DNA of 56,017 nt from Octopus bimaculoides (taxonomy: Eukaryota), in the NCBI RefSeq assembly GCF_001194135.2, contig NC_068987.1, positions 4,276,261 through 4,332,277 of the forward strand, in the 5' to 3' direction. How positions within the stretch are numbered: position 1 is the stretch's first letter; each line of letters starts with the position of its first letter. Both the position numbers and the translations under genes were made by a program. Below the pieces are notes generated by a model. The model made no database searches, had not been told where the DNA came from, and saw only the letters and a list, made by a program, of their open reading frames with translations. Of the stretch, positions 50,570 through 56,017 are shown in pieces.

Positions 50570-51320
50570 ACACGAGGGGGTAACCGGAAACGTTCTTAGT
50601 GGGACAAGCCCGTTGTAGTTCGGGCTTCCGCTGCTAAAATCCACTTGGTGCGACCCTCAGGCATCAGTCTGCCAACCGGCGTCGTCGTGTGAGGTCGTAC
50701 TACAACGTGGTGTGTCTTTGTTTTGCAGTGCTTCTTCCCTGTTCGTCGATTTTTGCGATGGCTGAAACGAAGGAACAGTGTGCTTCTGTGAAATTCTGTT
50801 TTCTGCTGAGGAAAACGGCNNNNNNNNNNGAAACGAAGGAACAGTGTGCTTCTGTGAAATTCTGTTTTCTGCTGAGGAAAACGGCGGCCGAAACAGTTGT
50901 CATGCTTCAGACAGCTTACAAGGACGCTGCCATGAGCAACAAACAAGCTTACGAGTGGTTTCTACGCTTTAGGAACGGTCACTTGTCGCTTGAGGACCAA
51001 CCTTGTTCGGGATGACCGTCGACCTCTCAAACGAATGAAAACATCATAAAAATTCACGAACTGATCTTTCTTGGAAGACCGTCACCGAACAATTGACGAA
51101 TTTGTTGATATGACTGGTGTGTCCTGGAGCTCATGCCACGTTTTGAATGCATTTGTATAAAGCTTGATGTTTGGTGACGAGTGTTGCAGAGTAGAGACAA
51201 GCTTCTCATGAGTCACTTTTAAGCATTTATGAATGGAAATTGAAATCAACGCAAGATTATCGGTTCCACCACCGTAGTTTACATCTACAACATTCACCTT
51301 TTTAAATAATACCCCGAACG
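50570..51320 (+). mobile_element. mariner (Mos1/Hsmar-type) transposase remnant
   Basis: EQCASVKFCFLLRKTAAETVVMLQTAYKDAAMSNKQAYEWFLRFRNGHLSLEDQPCSG*PST...EDRHRTIDE (HTH region). The 5' end resembles TA-CGAGGGG. Confidence 0.85.
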
Positions 51321-51717
51321 ACGAAAACTTCGATTCAGCTCATCAATGTCGACATGTTTACACTAAAATCATTAGAAATTGAAAGGAAGTGATTTCGCAT
51401 ATGACGTTTTTTTTTTTTTCTTTAGTGGGACCCCATGGTACAAAGAAAATATTTTCTAGCGGGATTCGAAACAGAACTGCAGGTCTGTCTCATAGGAATC
51501 TTACCTCTACTCTACACAACACATCCCACTCGAAAACATCAAGTAATAAATCCTTAAACAACATTGACTTTCTTTAGCTTACAATTCTGTTTCGTGACTA
51601 ACAAATGTCCTGCTACATTTTGTACAAAGCGAGTACATTTTTCGATTACTAACGTACGTTATGAATCATTAATTACGTACAATTACTCTTCTAATATAAA
51701 TTAAACGGCAATTTAAG

Positions 51718-52801
51718 TCAGTTTACATCAATTTGCTGGTGAGTCCTCAGGTAATTAATGAATTTTACTTCGTTCATATTTAACAGTTTGCACGTTTGAT
51801 TGCTGACCAAAAATCTCTCATTCCACTCACTTCCGTCAATCACAAGCAGCTCTTGAGATACGCTTAAATTCAGGCAGTAATTTTCTACTTTTAGTTGTAT
51901 TGTTTTAAAGACTTCTACTTCTCTCCAAAAATCTGGTTTCATCTGGTTTATTCTCCTCCAAAATTTTCGATAAAAATATTCGTACAATTCAAGATCGGCA
52001 TGGGCCCATTTTTTAATACTGTTGAACATTCCAGCTTTCAGTGGCATGTTGAATTCATACTTTTTGAACATATTCATCCTCATGGAGATGATATCTTCCA
52101 TTCTCCAACACATCAGACGCTTCAACAAAACCAGCGACTCAGCAAAATACTCCATTATCATCACGAAATCAAACTCTTCATCAATTTTATTAATAAAACC
52201 GGTCAATAGCGCAGGTTGATCGAAAACTAGTCTCGGAATACCAAGATCAATTGTCATTCTGTTGTTTGTATATGAAGCATAGTTTGATACGGGTTCATAT
52301 TTCGCAGGATTTTTCAAATATTCTTCAACTGGATTGGGTCCAGGTATACGGACTAAATACGGGATTTTGTACACTGTACGATAGAAGTAAAATGCTGACA
52401 AAAACTGATTCACTGGATGACGCAAGATTGTTATGTATGCAGTATTATTATACATCAGTTTTGTTATGGCAAACCTGTTATAAATTGCGTGATTACACAA
52501 CAAATCAAATTTTTTATCTGTTCCATTGGGATGTGGAAGCAAACGATCGATAAAGGCATTACCATCGAACCATAAATAATTCTCCGGGTATTTCGGAAGT
52601 ACGAAGCTAAGGTGATGTTTTAATCCGAATCTCTGGATGATGTTTGTCACGGTTGAACTGGCAGTTTTGTGTGTTTTTACAAAAACGACATGAGTTCGAG
52701 CGGCACATTTAGGTCTGAGTACCGTTTCTATTTTAGCTTGGTTATCAGAAAGGTAGAACCACAGAAATACCAATGTCGAAATCATTCCAGTTAGAAGATA
52801 C
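51718..52801 (-). CDS. GAL3ST: Galactose-3-O-sulfotransferase family protein, main coding exon
   Basis: 355-aa ORF with the Gal3ST PAPS-binding motifs FVKTHKTASSTV and ILRHPVNQFLSAFYF, and a C-terminal W..D..LY..F pattern. Acceptor ttcctctttttcag precedes 52801 and adds YLLTG in front of the ORF Met. The symbol is family-level only; the orthologue was not determined. Confidence 0.95.
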
Positions 52802-53200
52802 CTGAAAAAGAGGAAATAACAGAGATATCACGTATAACGACAATGAGAAATATCAGTGATTATAAAAGTTAACACATATTTCATTTTAACAACTCATAAA
52901 TTCCTCGATGAGGGCAAAAAAGGGAGCAAGGGTGTTCGTGAATTTCATCAGAGTATAAGAAATTAATTAAAATAAGATGGCAAAAGGCGAAAGCATCAAA
53001 CTACATTTACATTGAATTGGCGGAGGTGAAAATATTTGTAATTCTAAGTGAATAGAGTTTACTTTGATGTGAAAGAGACTTCGTAAAATTAATGACGTCA
53101 AAATGAGGTTTTGCCACTTGAAGGTGAGAATAAATATTTCTTAGGGAAATGGATACAAAAGGACTTTCGTAAGTAAGCGCACGAAGCAGTAACGAGAAGA

Positions 53201-53581
53201 ATACAAAATTAAGACCAGTTGAAATATGTTTAAGAAGTATTTGAACCTGTAAAGGTTTTTCACTGCGATTCATCGTGGGGTAAAAAATTCTCACTTAAAA
53301 AAATTCTGGCTTAACCATAAAGCAGTTATGACCCAATAATATTGACTGGTTTCTGATAAAAGAAGTAAAGCTTTCTAGCTAGTTCAGAGTTGCCCCTCTT
53401 GGTATCGAGGAGAACTAGCGAGTTCGAAATACATCCATCAGAGGGCGTTTTGAACTGGGTATGGTGTTCTCACACCTTTTTTTGAATTAACGAAATTTTT
53501 TCTCCACAACAAACTTCAGCGAAAAGCATTTACAGGTTCAAATATCCCTCAAACATGTTTAAGCTGGTCTTAAGTTTGTAT
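53201..53581. mobile_element. Fold-back element: about 100-bp degenerate inverted arms around a hammerhead-like motif (GAL3ST intron)
   Basis: 53201-53303 versus 53477-53581. Examples: atttgaacctgtaaa / tttacaggttcaaat and ttaagaccag / ctggtcttaa. Confidence 0.6.
53380..53458 (+). ncRNA. Degenerate type I hammerhead-like motif with long stem I
   Basis: TCGAGGA-gaact(agcg)agttc-GAAA-taca-TC. Stem II is a perfect 5 bp. The flanks ctagttcagagttgcccctcttggt and atcagagggcgttttgaactgg pair imperfectly. Core positions 3-4 deviate. Confidence 0.4.
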
Positions 53582-53699
53582 AAAAAGATTTATTTAAAAA
53601 AAAAAATAAATAACGTACCATCATTGTTAGTTGATTTCAAGCTTTCATCAACAAAGCAATGAGGCAATATGTTCATCGTATAATTGTAATCTTTTCTAC

Positions 53700-53900
53700 T
53701 CTAGGCACAAGGCCTGAAATTTGGCGGGAGGGGGCCAGTCGATTAGATCGCCCCCAGTACGCAACTGGTACTTAATTTATCGACCCCAAAAAGATGAAAG
53801 GCAAAGTCGACCTCGGCGGAATTTGAACTCAGAACGTAAAAACAGACGAAGTACCGCTAAGCATTTCGCCCGGTGTGCTAACCATTCTGCCAGCTCGCGG
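53700..53900 (-). mobile_element. tRNA-derived SINE, family B; other copies at about 9270-9440 (-), 22370-22545 (-), 25262-25440 (+), 25610-25830 (-), 33005-33160 (+), 47735-47960 (+)
   Basis: Shared block gagctggcagaa...ctgagttcaaattccgccgaggtcgactttgcctttcatc..ggggtcgataaattaagtacc. Confidence 0.85.
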
Positions 53901-54249
53901 CCTTCTCTTCAGAAGGATCAGATTGACGTCCACGGATGCCTCTGTTCAATTCCTCCAAAAACTTTGCTACATATAATTCCAGTTTTGTTTTAGGAAGTTA
54001 AATATAGGATCAGTTGTTTTAATAACCTTATACTCAAAATGTGTTCATGAACTGTAACTAAGATTCGTTATGGCCTTTTAGTAGATAAAANNNNNNNNNN
54101 AATAGAACGTTTCTGTCACATTGTAAAATAAAAAAGTCCTTCTGAGAAATAATTACAACGACAACAATGGCAACACAAATTAAGCGCATACTTTCACAAA
54201 CACTTTATTAGACAGGTAAGTCACCAACCTCTGGTTCGCTGTCACATTT

Positions 54250-54840
54250 TCATCGCAGTAGCAGCACTAGAAATAATGTTTGAATACTTTCAGAAATGGT
54301 GGAGGAGATCGCCCTTTTCTCGGTGCCAGATGCAGATACTATCAAAGTCACCTCTTCCCAGCAAAAGTACCCTATCCTCTAGTAGAAAGGATTGCTGTCC
54401 GACGGGCCTGTATAAGGTGTGTGCAGGGCGACGAAACCGTTCTACATGCACTCGTCCAGAGTCCGTGTATTACTGACTTGTGGAGCTTTGTCGAACAGCT
54501 GTTATCGCATGTAGGTCGGGTCCGGTCATCAGTTAAGTCCATCCTGAAGATCGCTCCGCCGCCTTCCTTTTGATAGGAATTAAAGACACAGTTTTCCTCC
54601 GTCTGGTGGCTATGGCGAAGGAGGTAGTATGGTGGGTGAGATTGAAAGGTACCTCTCTATGCGTAGAGCTGTGAGTCAAAGAAAGGGAATTGGGGAGGGT
54701 ATTTGATCTTGCTGTTCAGGGAGATTTTGGACAGTGGGGTTCCTCAATTATCCCTAGAGGTCATCCTTTATCAGGAGGACTACATCTTTGTCATCTGCCT
54801 CCCAACCACTTTTTAAAAAAACTTTTTGTAAACTATGAAT
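54250..54840 (+). mobile_element. L1/Tx1-type LINE C-terminal remnant (zf-RVT)
   Basis: CIRCVQGDETVLHALVQSPCITDLW matches the C-x2-C...ET..H....C...W zinc knuckle. Confidence 0.7.
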
Positions 54841-55074
54841 ATTTCCCTTCCTTTTCATTGAATGCCGTGGATTCGATTTCGATTTCGATGACCTGTAAGT
54901 GACGAGATCACAACATTTGCCCCGAATGGTGCGAGAGTCTGGTGCAGAACTTACTCAGCTGAGTGGGCTGGGGCAATGAGAAATAAAGGGTCTTGCTCAA
55001 GAGCACAAGGCACTGCCTCGACCGGAAATCGAAACCACGATCTTATTATCCTGAATGTAACACCCTGGCAATAA

Positions 55075-55486
55075 GCCACACATACATACATGCATATGTC
55101 CATACGCACATACATACGTACGTACGTACATACATACATAAACATACACTCATACATGCATACGTACGTACATCCATACATACATAATACATACATACAT
55201 AAAGTTCAGGTTTATACCTGTAATTATTGGGGCCCTATGATATGTAACACACTGCCTAAATACCAATCTTGGGAAATTAGGCTTCACAAAACCAGAAAGG
55301 AGAAAGCTAATTGGAAGACTACAGATCTAAAGCCATCACTGGAACTGTAAAAATATGTAAAACTTTCCAGAAGTTTAACATTTAAATATATACCAGCATG
55401 TCTAGATATGTGACTATATGCATGAGAATACATACAAAGGCAAAACATACAAATCTGCACAAATACATACATATATACATTCATGC

Positions 55487-55517
<31 letters not shown>

Positions 55518-55623
55518 CATACATACATACACATACATACACACACATACATACATATATATATACACACATACGTACATATTATACATACATACATACC
55601 CACACACACATACACACACATTT

Positions 55624-55654
<31 letters not shown>

Positions 55655-55772
55655 ATAATACATACGCACACACATACACATATATACATACAGGCACATG
55701 CATACACACACACATACATACATACATACATACAAACATACATACATACATACGTAAATACATACATACGTA

Positions 55773-55807
<35 letters not shown>

Positions 55808-55810
55808 GCG
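55075..55810. repeat. (CATA)n/(CA)n compound microsatellites in the GAL3ST intron
   Basis: Direct reading. Confidence 0.95.
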
Positions 55811-55885
55811 CATACATATACGCTGCCTGCACGCGCGCCTGCATTTCCTTGAACGGCAAAGGGTGCCAGCGGCGGTGGTACTCAC

Positions 55886-55911
55886 CGTTGATGTCTCGAA
55901 ACGGATTTCAT
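55886..55911 (-). CDS. GAL3ST: GAL3ST first coding exon (MKSVSRHQR)
   Basis: ATG at 55911, 26 nt, donor CG|GTGAGT (55885-55880). The phase-2 end exactly fits the phase of the 52801 acceptor. The join gives a basic cytoplasmic tail plus the TM segment YLLTGMISTLVFLWFYL (type II Golgi enzyme), 369 aa in total. Confidence 0.75.
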
Positions 55912-56017
55912 GTTTCTCCTTTGTTTTTTACTCCAGCGAGGAATCCATGACGCCGAGCTTCAACACGCAGACCAAGCAAATGAAGGAAAGACACAGGGTG
56001 GGAGAGAGAGAGATGGG

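Noticed and set aside
50764-50885. Exact 56-bp direct duplication in the mariner remnant
   Set aside because: The two copies flank a 10-N gap, so this is almost certainly a contig-overlap assembly artefact.

Overview
AT-rich, microsatellite- and SINE-dense animal genomic DNA with 11 N gaps. The repeat families look like those of Octopus/coleoid cephalopods; this is recognition, not proof. Manual splicing of the sequence gives four protein-coding genes. Three are divergent Ly6/uPAR (three-finger, Quiver/Sleepless-type) proteins with predicted GPI anchors. Ly6-A has only its last exon here (2766-2986, +). Ly6-B is complete at 136 aa, join(23231-23279, 28608-28775, 29558-29751), +. Ly6-C is complete at 154 aa, complement join(44848-44914, 40916-41047, 39866-40131). 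The fourth is a galactose-3-O-sulfotransferase family gene of 369 aa, complement join(55886-55911, 51718-52801). The rest is transposon debris (R4/Dong-type, RTE and L1/Tx1 LINEs, Ty3/Gypsy pol, Helitron, mariner, Tigger, MITEs, tRNA-derived SINEs) and simple repeats. The most unexpected signal is a set of ORF-less fold-back (long inverted-repeat) elements carrying minimal type I hammerhead-ribozyme motifs with short, mostly palindromic stem III (16.56-16.74, 40.51-40.73 and 53.20-53.58 kb). There are also solo or degenerate cores at 14.29 and 15.05 kb, and several cores have C instead of U at position 4. All gene models, folds and family assignments were made by eye. No database search, folding program or expression data were available. 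Repeat boundaries are approximate.
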